A stretch of 59,117 bases of DNA, the filler included, from Sphacelaria rigidula (Eukaryota), in assembly GCA_964200075.2 (NCBI GenBank). It is 9 parts of 9 records of this genome, joined end to end, with 100 filler letters (N's around TTAATTAATTAA, not from the genome) between each part and the next. Parts side by side here need not be neighbours in the genome. Positions count along the whole stretch, not along the records: positions 32,901 to 39,380 come from CAXNAA020019835.1; positions 39,481 to 45,959 come from CAXNAA020019836.1; positions 46,060 to 52,538 come from CAXNAA020019837.1; 6 more parts are not named here. One strand, 5' to 3'. Positions 38,855-51,540 of the stretch are shown here, piece after piece (position 1 is the stretch's first letter; every line of letters starts with the position of its first letter). Made by a program: the position numbers and the translations under genes. The notes beneath the pieces are model-generated. The model saw nothing but the letters and a program-made list of their open reading frames with translations. It searched no databases and had not been told where the DNA came from.

Positions 38855-40289
38855 GCCTTTCGTTCGAGTTCGAGTCAAAAATATATTTTGACGCCGACAT
38901 CGCTGAGTGGGCGCGCGGAGCTGCTGTTAGGGGTTAGAAGAGGTGGTATATCTTCAGAACGACACAACGTCGAACGTTATCCAGTCTTCCTCGACGAGTG
39001 AAACCAGAAAAAAAGGCAAAAGGCAAAAGAAACGTTGGATTACAACCTGTTTCACCAGCGATCTTGGTACGCGATGCGCACGGTGATATTTGTTGGGTAC
39101 GGCAGAGACGAATATCTCCGCTGTGTAGAATCTCAACCACACTCTTCCTCTATGCCACAAATAAATACGGTTGTTGACCGGCATATCATCATCTCTGGAG
39201 CTTGGACGAATCGCCGAGTGTTGACGATATCGATGGAACGATGATACTGTACTGCATAGACTTTTACCCGATGGACAGAGTTTGGGATCAACCCTCAACA
39301 GTGTTTTCGTGAGATTAAGAGTAGATGATACGATCGAGAGTGAAAAGCGGTGAATCAGTGAATGAATCGTGTCAGTTCCGNNNNNNNNNNNNNNNNNNNN
39401 NNNNNNNNNNNNNNNNNNNNNNNNTTAATTAATTAANNNNNNNNNNNNNNNNNNNNNNNNNNNNNNNNNNNNNNNNNNNNCATCCTGCTAATATTGTTCG
39501 TCACGAAGCGTACTGATTATCTCGCATTTGGATGACAGCCTCCAATGAGTTTCTCCATTTTCTGGTATTGCCACTTTCAGAGACAGCCACGGCTTATACA
39601 CTGCCTCATGGGTGTATTACTTTTTAAACACTACGTAGTACGATCGCTTCCTTTGCGCGGGGCTGAGGTTCCCCCTCCCCGCACACTATGATCTAGCTCG
39701 ACCACCATCATGGTTACCGCAAAAAAACACGCAAGCGCGCAAAACAAATCGGCAACCTGGTTGCCTAGCTTACGAAGTGAGTGGTGTGTTTCGCAGCGTC
39801 ATCGCCAACCGGCGCCCACCCCATTGGGGGTCCGCCCCTACCATACCGGGACGGAGCACGCCGGGGTCTCGCCAGACTAGGATGGAGCGGGGGGGGGGAG
39901 GGGGGGCTGTGATGCGTCAGAGGTCGAGGAGGGTTCACAAATCTTGCCAAGTCTCCATCTATTATGCTTCGTGCAAGTTGATCTCACGGGTCGATGACGC
40001 CCACGCTTCCAGGTAGCTTCCATACAAGATGTGACGGCGGCCTTTACTATGTTGGTGTGATTACTCCGTCGTGAAATTCCGGAAATTATGCACGTATTGT
40101 CCTCGTCACTGTCCTGCTCTTGTTGCACATGCGCGTAGCTCTCGTTTTTTTATTTTTCGTATAATGCTGTTCGTAATGAGCTGGTGATGAGGTGTTAGTA
40201 CAGTGGGTCGTGAGGATTCGAACATGAAGAAAAATGATGGCAACTCTGATGAATACGGTGATGTTGATGAACTTCGTGTTGGGCCGCAG

Positions 40290-43200
40290 ATATTTGGTCT
40301 ACCGTCCGTACCTCACCGCTGGAATGGGCAATCGGTTGAACGGTTTTCATGGATCCCTCGGTCTGGCTATTTTAACCAACAGGTACGTGATGCACTGGAG
40401 TTTATTTAGGTACTCCGGATTGGTTGTTCTTTGTCTGGCTCATGATCGCATGGGCTGAACCTCTCAGATCCGTGCACAGAACGCAGTGCAGTGTCGTATT
40501 TACAACCATTAGTGTGTGGAGTGGGCAGGCAATGTGACGTCGTTGCTTCTCGATCTGGTCGCGAGTCGATACGATGGGATGAATGACTTCAGAGAGCAAC
40601 ACAAATTACGGGTCTCTTTCCTACCAGAACCGGCATGATGTGTGAGTATGGAGGCCACGGGCCCGTGTGTTTGATTCTTCATTCTCAGAGACGCTTTGAA
40701 AAGCCTGGGACTGATTCGGAACGGAAACACTGGTGCACGTTGAACAATTCATCGCATCGAATAACATAATGATGTTCCATTGGCAACTTCTTGAAGCCCG
40801 TTTATGTCCGAATATTTTGCAACGGTCCATATTATCTTGATCATCGGACGTTTTTCTCCAGCTCCAAGTTGCATGCGAATCGTTGTTGGCTCGTCTTAGA
40901 GTAAATGCCCCGCAAAAGGCGCCATCGAGATATTTAAGCGGGTCCCATCAATTCCAGTACATGCTCAGAAACGTATATGTATAGCGGCTTTGTTCGTGTC
41001 GATGAACGGTTAGAAAACGCGACTACCATTTCTGTTTGTGCAGGGCACTGATAGTGGATTGGTCCGGCGGTATGTCGAGGAAACCTGATGGCATCTTCGA
41101 AGGTGGGCCATCTGGCGTTGTGAGCGTAACAGATCGTGTGTACCACGGTAACGGCGTGCTCGTGACCTGATATCGACTGATTCACCATAAAAAACCCCGA
41201 GAAAACAATTCCGGAGGAGATCCGTTGCGGATCAATGGCGTCGTATCTGTTCCAAAATAGTGTCAAGACCGATTTGATCATGTGTATGCGTTTTCCAGTA
41301 GGCCCATGAAGCATTTGCGGCACATTGATAGTTGCTCACTGGACGAAACGACGTGTAATCTCCCTGTGTGCGCTGCAGTCTTTTTCGCCGAATGTACAGC
41401 AGTGTGGGATCTGCAAGGTTTGAACAGTGCATACCGTATTGCGTATAGTGCAAGAACCGAGTCGCTTGCGACTTGGAACACACGGACCAGCTCGTACGTT
41501 TGCAGCTGTCACCAAGGGAAGACTACAGGAGGAGGTGTCTCATACTCCCCCGCCATCTGGTGATCACCCCCGTGACTTCTTTACTCCGGAGTACGCTGCG
41601 AGCTAGTCTGTCGTGAACGTGAAATCCCTCAGCACACAAGAACTTTCTTCAGGTTCCCGAATCAGCAAAGTGAAAGCATATCGCTGTGATTTATGGACCA
41701 ACCTGGCTACGCACGGCTTCGCCGCTGTTCTATTGGCGCAGTTTTGGCAACGGCGTTTTTGGTACTGTGTGAAGACCGGGTGCGGCTCATTTCGTGGCAC
41801 TAGAGCGTGTTATGACTTTTTTTACGAAACGCGCCGAAATGACGTATGACTTCTTTGACACGCACAGTCGAGAGTGCACTGGGAATGCTGCGAGATGGCG
41901 TCAAACTCGTCAGCAGCTCCATCATGGGAGTGGACTTCGGAGCTGATTGTCACATACAACGAGCACAGGCACAAGCATCCAACTGAGACTAAAGGCTGCA
42001 ACGCTTTTTTCTCGCTCTAACGTGCTGTTCGTTTTTCTTTTTGGCATCCCCGCAAATGTTGCGCATTTTGATGATGAAAATGTCGTTGTCCAAACGTTCA
42101 ACGGTTCGGACAAATCAAATCGTGATTCAACTCGTTTTCATCGTTTAAATGAATTAATCATACGATTCATACATCATTTGTGATTTGGACATGTTTTGAG
42201 TTCGTGATTCGTACGACAGAACTTGAATTGTACACATTCTGAGTTCGTGATTCGTGCGGTACTCCGTGGAAGGTACGAAGTGGGCCAGCAGTGAATCCCG
42301 CATTCGCTTTTCACATCACAACTTCTCAAGTTTTCCAAATGAGCGCGACTCGAGCATATCGTTGTAAAGCGCAGACCGACCTGGCAACACACGGCACCGC
42401 CGCTGAATGAGGTAAAAAATGAAAAAAAACAAAGTACTGCATAATATGTACTTTGACAACGGACGACAAAAATAAGAGAACCTGTCGGGATTCGAACTCA
42501 TGACCTCCATAATTGGATTCTTCTGTATCACTTGTATCAAATGGGCGCGTCCGTATCGCACGAAAAGTGCGATGCCGCGCCCAGTTCGAGGTATTTTGGC
42601 CAAAACTTGACCAGAATGTCGTTGACGCGAGTGCCCGTGTGTGTTGGAGCGTTGCCGTCGTTTTATCAATTTTTAAGAAAGTTATAATATTTTTACTGTT
42701 TTTGCTGAAACTTGAACTCGCTCCAACTCCCTGTCTTTTTTCCCTCTGCAGCCTCAATAGGGTTGCGCGGGTTGATGATGAAAAGGTCTTGTCACAAATT
42801 CAGCGCCCAACTCTTCAAGTTACCAATGGCATCTCCGCTCTTCGTGTAATATCACTCTTAGTTGGCCCAGCTCGTACATGTTTCCCACGTTCCCTTCATA
42901 CGGGGTGAATCATGGCACACAATCATATCCTTTAGTTCATGTGGGACGAATCATGTGCACATGTGACCCAGCGCTTAGTTCATTCGGTATGGATCGTATG
43001 TACATTTACCCGCCCTTGAGTTCATGCGGGACGAATCATGTATGCATGTTGCCGAACGCTTGGTTTATTCGGCATGGATCGCATGTACCGCCCTTGAGCT
43101 CATGCGGGACGAATCATGTGTACATGTCGCCCAACGCTTAGTGCATTCGGCATGGATCGCATGTACATCCGCCCTGGGGTATCTCGGTGTGGATGACACC

Positions 43201-44412
43201 CGGAAGTATTTGCGGGGAAAGGGGGGGGAGGTACGCGAACTAGTATCGTACTTCAAGTTGTGTGGTTCGAGGTGTGTTCTTGGAATATCCATCATGTGTA
43301 TAGTGACTTTTGGTTCTAACATGAAACAAATCGTACGTTCCCGCAGAGGGCGGTGATCTGTTCCCGCTTTCCACCCGTGAGTAATGAGTCATGAATCGTG
43401 GGCACGTGATTTCCACCTTTCCTTCATACCAAATCCATCATGTGTACATGTTTCTCACCTGCCCGTCATCCGACATGAATCAAGGATACGTATTCTCCCC
43501 TCTTCATGAATCCATGAATCATGGATACATGTTTCCCACCTTGCCTTCATATGGCATGAATCATTGGTACACATGTATCCCCGTTGGGTCATGCGGCATG
43601 AATCATATGTACACGTCACCCACCCTTGCGTTAATGCGGGATGAATCATTGATACATATCTCCTGCCCTTTAGTTCATGCGGGATGAATCATGGGTACAT
43701 GTGGCCCACCCTTTTGTTCATGGAGGATGTATTTTCAGTATGTGTTTTCCATAAATGATTCGTACATGGACGATGATTCGTACCTGTTTTTCAATACTGA
43801 TTGATGTTACACATACTGAAGTCTATACATTTCAAGTCCATAATTCCTGCGGCATAACCTCGAACATTCAACTTCATCATTCGTGATTCGTATCGGATGA
43901 CTCATTGGTACATAACTCGCACTCGAACTTTCATACTGAGTCAAACCGTATGAACTCTGGATCGGCCCAACCGTGAAACGTTTAGCGCCTAACTCCTCAA
44001 AGAAGGCCCCGCATCACCTGTAAACCGAAAGAAACAAAACACTGTCTACTGGCCCAGCTAGTAGCTAAACTTTACTTCGATGCAGGATGTCGAACTCACT
44101 GCCCTATTACTTGCTATGCGAGAGGAATCCCCGCATAAAAGGGACACGAGCATGACAGGTTGCGTAAGCGATGAGGGACGAAGCACCTTTCGTGCACATA
44201 TGTTGAACCATAGCCTCGCCGTTCGCTCTCTCATGTCGCCGCCATCCCCTCGATCACCTTCTTTTGTATCGCCCGTTTCTTGTCTCTTGCTGTCGTTTTC
44301 GTGGAAAGACACCTTCCTGGAGCACAATGGCATTCCTCATGACATCATCCCTTCCTCGCTTGAGGGTTTCGAGACTGCACCCGATACGGAGATATGGTGT
44401 CAAATGGTGAAG
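40290..44412 (+). CDS. Fucosyltransferase-like protein (GT37/GT23-type), internal exons 40290-40382, 41044-41069, 44309-~44412
   Basis: Phase-compatible AG/GT exons splice to (R)YLVYRPYLTAGMGNRLNGFHGSLGLAILTN/RALIVDWSG/DTFLEHNGIPHD.... This matches the N-terminal YLV...GLGNR...A.LTNR.LLVDW motif of GDP-fucose transferases. The third exon is less certain. Confidence 0.75.
42100..43960. mobile_element. Composite dispersed repeat in the fucosyltransferase intron, with a degenerate CATG-rich minisatellite (~42870-43740)
   Basis: 42275-42690 is the reverse complement of 50840-51060 plus 51400-51540. Repeated GAATCATG/ACATGT motifs with ~40-bp spacing; similar composition at 12540-13040. Confidence 0.6.
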
Positions 44413-44574
44413 GTGACAAATTACGCAAAAACGAGCGGAGAGACGCTCCGTTGAATTTGTTCTAGGTGTCGCGGAGAGCCCGATTTTGAGACGCGTGTAG
44501 CTGCTTTGACAACAGTGTTTGTCGACCTGTAGGTCAACCCAGAACGACGAGAAACCAGGCAGGCGCACCGGTCG

Positions 44575-44700
44575 GGTGTGTGTGTGTGTGGGGAGAAGCG
44601 TACTCATTTGTTGCTTGCCGCAGTCGTTTGCCCAATTGTGTGTGTGTGGTGGTGTACTCATGATCATGCATGCCATTGTCATGAGACCGTTGCCTCGCAT
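44575..44700 (-). mobile_element. Adjacent family A and family B retroelement 3' ends, each next to (GT)n/G-rich tracts
   Basis: GTACTCATTTGTTGCTTGCC (A) at ~44600 and GTACTCATGATCATGCATGCC (B) at ~44654. Confidence 0.7.
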
Positions 44701-46409
44701 GGGGGAAATACCAAACACACAGATTGCATGTTCAGCACATGGGCGGAAGTACAATGATATGGTTAGAGTCAGCGGCTTGCCGTGGCAGCAGTGGAAGGTT
44801 TTCTTGTTCCGTCTTGCTGTCAATCATGGCTTGGAGTTTGTGTTGGGTGATTTTGCGTGTTGTTCATTCAAGCCTGGGACATTTTTGCGGTCCACTCGTT
44901 GGGTGTGTATCAATCTAGATTATTGACGTTTTGTGTTCGTTTTAAGTTTCCGTCACACTCCCCCTCCTCGGGATGAGTCCGCGATCTCAAGAGACCATCC
45001 AGTCTCTTCCCAGGTACGTGGCTTGCAGTCATGGTATCGCCGATTGGATTACTACTCCCACACCGCGTCGACTATCTCAGGATAATCTCTTTTTGCTACC
45101 CACGCCGAATGGTAGCCTACGGCACCGGAACTAAAGTGGGTAGCAGTATGTTTTTCTCCCTTATTTATTCATTATTGTACTGGTTGTGTCGGTGTGGATT
45201 TTTCTGGATCCCATTTCATTTTGTTTTTATTTCCTTGTACCCTATTTGGGGTTGTGAGCCTGTGACCACAGAAGGCATCCGCATCACTTGCCTAGTGTAG
45301 AGTACTGCGCCGATATCGGAGCGGTTTTTAATGTGGAGACGACAACCCCAATAATAATGCCCTCACGATTCAAATGAGTGAAGTCGAACCCACATTATTT
45401 CGACTTGATGGTTGCAGTTGTACCAGCAGGCTTCGGGGGCGCGGCATGGACTGCTTGATCGCTGTCGAGGGGTTGATTGAACTTGCCTTCATCTCGTTTA
45501 TGAATATGAAGACATGGACGCTTGAATACAGTGCTGAGCAACGGCAGAAAAAACGAGGATGTGAACGTTGTTCGAACACGAAACTACCCTTCGTTGCGTC
45601 CCCTTTCCCTCGACAGTCACCTGTATCCCGGGCATGCGTAGACTGGAGGATGACGAAAGATTTTTTGGCTGGGGCGTCTTGGGACCAGGTGTACGCGGCC
45701 AACGCCACGGTGAGCAACGCTCCCAGTGCTTCGACGAAGCGCGCGAATAGCTCCGATTTTTTTTGGTTCCTTCGTGTTTGTCGGATGATACTGATTCGCC
45801 ACCATGGTGGCCTGGTCGTACAGCGATCCGGGTGTTCGTCTCATGGTCGTTGTCGTTGATATTTGTCATTTTGTCTTTTGTTGGGGGGGGGGGGGCGTAC
45901 TCATTTGTTGCTGGCCTTAGTCGTTCTACCATTAACCCCGTATCCCTTCCGAGACGGGGNNNNNNNNNNNNNNNNNNNNNNNNNNNNNNNNNNNNNNNNN
46001 NNNTTAATTAATTAANNNNNNNNNNNNNNNNNNNNNNNNNNNNNNNNNNNNNNNNNNNNATAGGGCGTCGGCTGACAGTCTAGGGACATCCAGGGGTTTC
46101 CAGCGGGGTGAGGGATGTTAAGGTGGTCCCTCGTTGAAAAAAACAGCTGTTTTTCCCCCCCCCCCCCCCCCAGATGTGTAGGCTATCGGAGATCACCTGC
46201 GGAGAGGGCTCGCGGTCAAAGCGTTGATGCGTTTTCATTATGTATTGAACTCGAGAATCATGAAAAGGGCCTGGATTACCGCGGATGTGCCGTGCGATGG
46301 AAGGTGCTGCTGCTGCGCTCGGATTATTGCACACCTTAGACGATATATGGTCAATAGTTGCAATAGACACGAAACATACCGCGTGAAGTATAGGCCTACG
46401 CGACTATAG

Positions 46410-46766
46410 CCGATCGCCCCGGTGGCTCAGTTGGTAACCTCGAAACGTTTTGACGCTTGGGTTGTGGATTCGAACCTTGAAGCGATCCGGGATTTTCCCT
46501 CACACAATGCCCAACAGTTGAGAGCGACCATGTCGTGGGTAGACGAAATTCGATCTGATGTTGACGAGGGAAAGGGACTGCTGAACCCCTTTCGCGAAAA
46601 AAATAAAGGCAAGCACCGCAGAAGAAAGGTGGAGAATCCAAGCAAACAAAAGAAATGTTCTTCCGTGCTAGCCTTCCTCCTGTGTGATCCCGGCTGGTGC
46701 GCCCACATATACCGAAAGGTGCATACCGACGTCCAGAATAGATGGGACGACAACACTCACACACGC
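46410..46766 (+). mobile_element. tRNA-derived SINE (family 1), second copy
   Basis: Head CGCCCCGGTGGCTCAGTTGGTAA (A-box) ... GGATTCGAACC (B-box). Body colinear with 37040-37420; CA-rich tail. Confidence 0.8.
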
Positions 46767-46842
46767 GCATCGCGACTATTGTCGGCCGGCAAAAGTTGCT
46801 ATATGCCTATACTCCTTGTTTATTGCAACAATTGACCATATG

Positions 46843-47795
46843 CTTCCTCTGTCACATAAGTGAAGACCGAATTTCGGCGCAGATCGTATCTTTTCATCGG
46901 AGGCACCTACGATGTTATAAATTGAAAGGTATTTTTTACAGCTAACTGATGCAAAGTATGGGCCAGGAAGTCCCCAAATTGGCCAATTTCGGCTACATTT
47001 CGAGAATGTTTTGAATTTTTTTTCGAGATTTTTTTCAAGAATAGTCCAACAATCACCATTACGCCCCAGCCACCTGCACACATTAGCAGTGCAGCAGGAC
47101 GGGGCGAGCCCCCACACGGGCAAAGGGAACCCAGAGATTCTTAACTCGGCGGAAATGGGGAGGGGGTGGTTGGTAAAGCTCGTCACGCAGCCTTCTCAAT
47201 CGCCTGACTTGAACATCAACGCCTTGGGCTTCTTTGCGTCCCTAAAGTCAAGGGTGTGGGGGATGAACGCCAGTTCGATAGACGAGTTAGTAGAGACCAT
47301 CTTCAAGGAGTACGGAGACTACGACAGCGATACGTTAAAACGGGTGTGGCAAAGCCTCTTCAAGTTTTACAACCAAACACTCCGTAAGCTAGGGGATAAG
47401 GACGTTAGTGTAGAGCACACCGGGGTATCCGCGCGGCAGAGAGCGGGAACGTTGGAAAGGACAGTCAAGCACGACAAGGAGACCTTCACAAAGGCTTGGG
47501 ACTATCTGGTATCAAGCACGAGTGATGGAGATGATGATTAATATATATTTTTTCCCCATGTTTTTTTCCTTTTTCGGCACTTTTTTGTTCGTGAAAAGGG
47601 GTAAAAAACGGCCTTTTTTGGGCCGACTTCTTTCTTTTCTGGCCGCTATTCCACCTGGAGTGATGCGAATTGAGAAGAACAAAAATTGTATTCAACTAAA
47701 AAAACGCGAAGGAATTCAGTGAAGAATCGTAAACAGCATCGGAGACCGTTAAGGACGTCTGTGAAAAATTCGGTCCTAACTTATGTGACAGGAAG
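46843..47795 (+). mobile_element. Internally deleted Tc1/mariner transposon (plant-mariner/DD39D-like) with Stowaway-like TIRs
   Basis: Left TIR CTTCCTCTGTCACATAAGTGAAGACCGAATTT; right end AAATTCGGTCCTAACTTATGTGACAGGAAG followed by TA. Contains the transposase C-terminus. Confidence 0.85.
47083..47541 (+). pseudogene. Mariner transposase C-terminal fragment
   Basis: QQDGASPH...QPSQSPDLNINALGFFASLK motifs. The N-terminal DNA-binding domain and first Asp are missing, and the third catalytic Asp position is Ala (GCC). Confidence 0.85.
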
Positions 47796-49450
47796 TATTG
47801 TCATTGTCCAACGTGGGAAATATTGGTAACCCCTTGACCACCACAGTGTGTGATCTGGGGGGGCCAGTTAAGCGGCGTTGGGCTACAAATGTCCATGGTT
47901 GACACATTTCATAAGTATCGCTACCCCTAACCCTAAATTCCCTACCCAACCCCTACCGAGAGCCCCCAGGCAAGGGCGGTACATAGCATTCCCTAGGCAA
48001 AAGTGCGGCCTTGGTAGACCCCACATCGGCGCCTGTTGCGCCGATTCAAACGAAAACGCGTTCTGCGCAGGCGAAGAGCACTCGGGACTGTCAGCCTCAC
48101 TAAAGATCCGATTCTCGCTGTACACAATCTAACCAAGTGATGTGTCAAACATGGACATTTGCAGCCCAACGCCGATTAACTCTACTGAATCTGGGCCCCG
48201 CACTCGTTCTTGGAGGAAAGATGATACCGACTCAGCGGATAGACTGCACCCTGGCCTAAAAACTTGAACGTGAAGAAAAAAGCGGAACATACGTTGACGG
48301 TACAATACCAAGATCCGGATCTTCATACTGGGTTTGAGTCGGTTTTCATAGCACCCGGTTAAGTGTGGATGCAAGGGGGTCTTGGTGTGCGGATGCAGGA
48401 GAGCCCTTGTACAACAATGCGTGTTTACTCGAGCGCACACGACAGTGCACCCTCTGACTACGTGGAACACGGTTGCTGCTCGAGAGTTGGGTCTACTTTC
48501 ATGGGAGCTAGGATTAGGGTAGCGCCCGAGTGCAATTGGGTCGGTCTATGTAGAAGATCGGGATATTTTGTTCTTTTGCGCGATCGGGATAGTGAGCAAA
48601 TCTCGGCGAGATACTTTCAATTCATCATAACTTTGTTTGAAGAAGAAAGAAAACTCTCGGGGGTCCTCAAATGATTGAAAATGACAAACTGCTGTTTTTT
48701 TCACCATTAACATAATTTGCTGCTCAGTACCCAACATACAGTATGCGTTTTAGATGGACGTGCGTTGCTGTGTAAGAGAGACGGAGACAGTGACAGACAG
48801 ACAGACACAGAAACGGAGAGAAACAGAGGCAAAGAGAGAGGGGCCGCGCGTGGGGCGAGGAACTCGATATTCCCGATATATTCAACAGTAGTCTATAGTT
48901 GATGTATCGGGAACCTCGAGTTTGAAACATCCCTTGTATATCGAAGACAACCGTGTGGTTTTCTTGATATGACACTGTGCTAAGGGCGTCTCTTATCGAT
49001 TTTTTTCTCGATCGAAAAAGTGCGGCGAAAAAAAACAAGTCCGGCCTGATGGGTGAGGATAGGTCGTCCTTCATGTCCACGTCATATATAGTGAAGTGAC
49101 GACCTATAATATCCTGATTTTTCTCTCCCGCCGCACTTTGCCCATCGAAAAATAATCTGATAAGACACGACCTGAGTAAGTGATCATTGTTCAAGAAGTT
49201 TTTCATGGAGGTGCAGGTGCGCTAACCGGTAGACCGCGAGGGAAGTCCATTTAGATCATGCATACTTTGAAAAAGTGAAATTCATGCCGATTCAATAAAG
49301 AACCTACTCTCACCGTCCAAGGGTTAACATGATCCACATGAGCACATGCACGACAACGGCGGGAAAACTGATGTACTATTATGTGATGAAAAGTAGAGTG
49401 AAGAGTAAGTATGGGCTGTGAGGGGTACTAGAATCACGTGAACGAAATCG

Positions 49451-49451
<1 letters not shown>

Positions 49452-49492
<41 letters not shown>
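49452..49492. repeat. (CA)n microsatellite; others: (GA)n ~17411-17460, (GAT)n ~28989-29014, (GCAG)n ~32301-32330, (CCCGAA)4 ~29785-29812
   Basis: Read directly from the sequence. Confidence 0.9.
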
Positions 49493-49493
<1 letters not shown>

Positions 49494-50839
49494 GCGCACG
49501 ATACAGCAACAGTACACTGCAGTCAGTATACCCCTGCGCAACAGACAGTACATACAGTATCTACAGCTGCAGCAGACAACTGTGCAGTACATGCATGCGT
49601 GCATGAACGACAGCATGCAGCACGCCACAGTCGAAACGGCGGTGAAGACAGAGCAGCATTGGACGCTCCTGATCATGTCCACTTCCGGACGAGATATGGT
49701 GCTCCTTTTCCGGGGCTGAATGGTAAAAAAATGCGTACTCCAATTTCATCTGAACGAAATGCTGGACTGCCATCACTCCATTTTCAAGCGAAGGAAGCGC
49801 TGCCCTTTGGGGCCGCGATAGCTCGAGGAAATCCAAGAATGGTGCCTTGCGAGACGTGGAAAGGAAACTCTCTTCGGCTTCCACGATAATCCCCATATAT
49901 GTAAAGGTTACATGGTGTCTGGATGCTGCCCGGACAGTCAGAACTCAGTAGCTGCCTGGAAACAATTGTGAAGATCCGTATTTGAGCTGGACACAACTCA
50001 GAAATTTGTGCATTTCGCCCAAGAAGTTGGCGGGAGAGGCAGGGTGGGCGGGGGGGCCAAGGGGGTGTGGCTTCTGGGAGGAAAGTTGAAGTTACAAGCC
50101 CTCTTGGTATCTCACCGTCCCACATCTCTTGTAAAAGGCTGGAGAAATTTAGGAACCACATCTCTTGGATAAGTAGTGACGAGATCTCTCGTGTAGGGTA
50201 CACATCGAGGAGATGATCCAAGCGGAGGGGCAACGAAACGCCTCCCCCCGCCCCCATCCTCCCTCCCCACGCTGTTCCGCTTCGACGATTGCAAGGCTAA
50301 AGCCCAGGGCGAAGGTTGGTCGAGCAGAGTCCTTGCCGGCGCGCAGTCATTGGGGCTGGAAAGTCGAGGGAGCTTATCCGAGGCGTTGAGGTCTGCGGCT
50401 GCTGTTACCGGGTGCAACGGGGCCGGGGTGCAAGATGCTGTGCGACTGCTCAAAGGGTGAGCGAGGAGACAAGGCCCCTCCGGGAGGCACGAAATACCAG
50501 AGATCGGCTTTCACCCTCTTATCTTTAGGGTAGGCCATCTGTTGAATCGGCTTGAAATTCACTTGAAAGAAGTATGCATGATCCAGATGAACTACCCTCG
50601 CCGCAGAAAAGTCATGTGGTTTGGTGGAACAAAATGTTCACCCAAGTTAGAGTTTGCATATATATATATATATACGAGCTGGGCCGGCCAACAGTGATTT
50701 TTGAACGAAGAGTGAAGATACGACATTCTCACCATCAACCCGCGCAACCCTATAGGTGGAGTAGAGAGGGAAAGAAAAACCCCAGGAATTTACAGCGAGT
50801 TAACGTTTCAGCTAAAACAGGAAGATGCTTTAACTACCT

Positions 50840-51540
50840 TAAAAATTGATTGAAACGACGACAACGCTTCAACACATACGGGCACTCGCGTCAACCACAT
50901 CCTGGTGAAGTTTCAGCAAAAAAATACCTCAAATTGTGCTTCGCGTCGCAGTTCTCGTGTGACACGGCTGCGCTCCGGTGGTCAAATAGATACAACAACC
51001 TCAAATCACACAGGCCACGAGTTCGAATCCCGACACGATAAACAAAAGTGTGTGCATAATATAATCGTGCATAATATCTCGTACCTCCGGATCGCAAAGG
51101 GTCTCGATATTTTGGTGACGGTTTTGCTTTTTGGGGGGTGTATAGCGCAGTTTCAAGTAGTACTTCTCGCTCGTGCGGTGATATACGACAGTTGGAGCTT
51201 ATGACGGGCTTGACGCCATATTGCAGCACTACCAGTGTGCTCTTACCTGGGCATGTCGGGTGTGCGTGTGCCTATGCGGCGCAACGGTCTGTCGTAATTC
51301 CATCACATTTTGTCAAACGAAACGTCTCCAGACACGCTGTCACGCAACGACAAGAGACGTACCCGGTACTCAATGCAGTACAGTAAGATCATCGCAAGCG
51401 CCAATCAAGCAGCGGCGGTGCCGTGTGTTACCAGGTTAGTGTGCAGTTCACAGCAATATGCTCAAGTCGCGCTGATTTGGGAAACTTGAGAAGTTGTGGT
51501 GTGGAGAGAGAATATGGGACTTATTGCTGGCCCAGCTCGT
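50840..51540 (+). mobile_element. Dispersed repeat with internal tRNA-like B-box, inverted copy of 42275-42690
   Basis: Shared GCGGCGGTGCCGTGTGTT.CCAGGT...GGAAACTTGAGAAGTTGTG and GAGTTCGAATCCCGACA segments. Confidence 0.65.

Noticed and set aside
46181..46302. Exon-like segment (AIGDHLRRGLAVKALMRFHYVLNSRIMKRAWITADVPCDGR) as a continuation of the fucosyltransferase
   Set aside because: It lies across a contig linker, so it cannot be joined, and no family is recognised.
46415..46485. Possible tRNA genes (also ~37345-37420, ~54900-54980)
   Set aside because: A/B boxes are present but there is no convincing cloverleaf, and each continues into a shared repeat body, so they are SINE heads.
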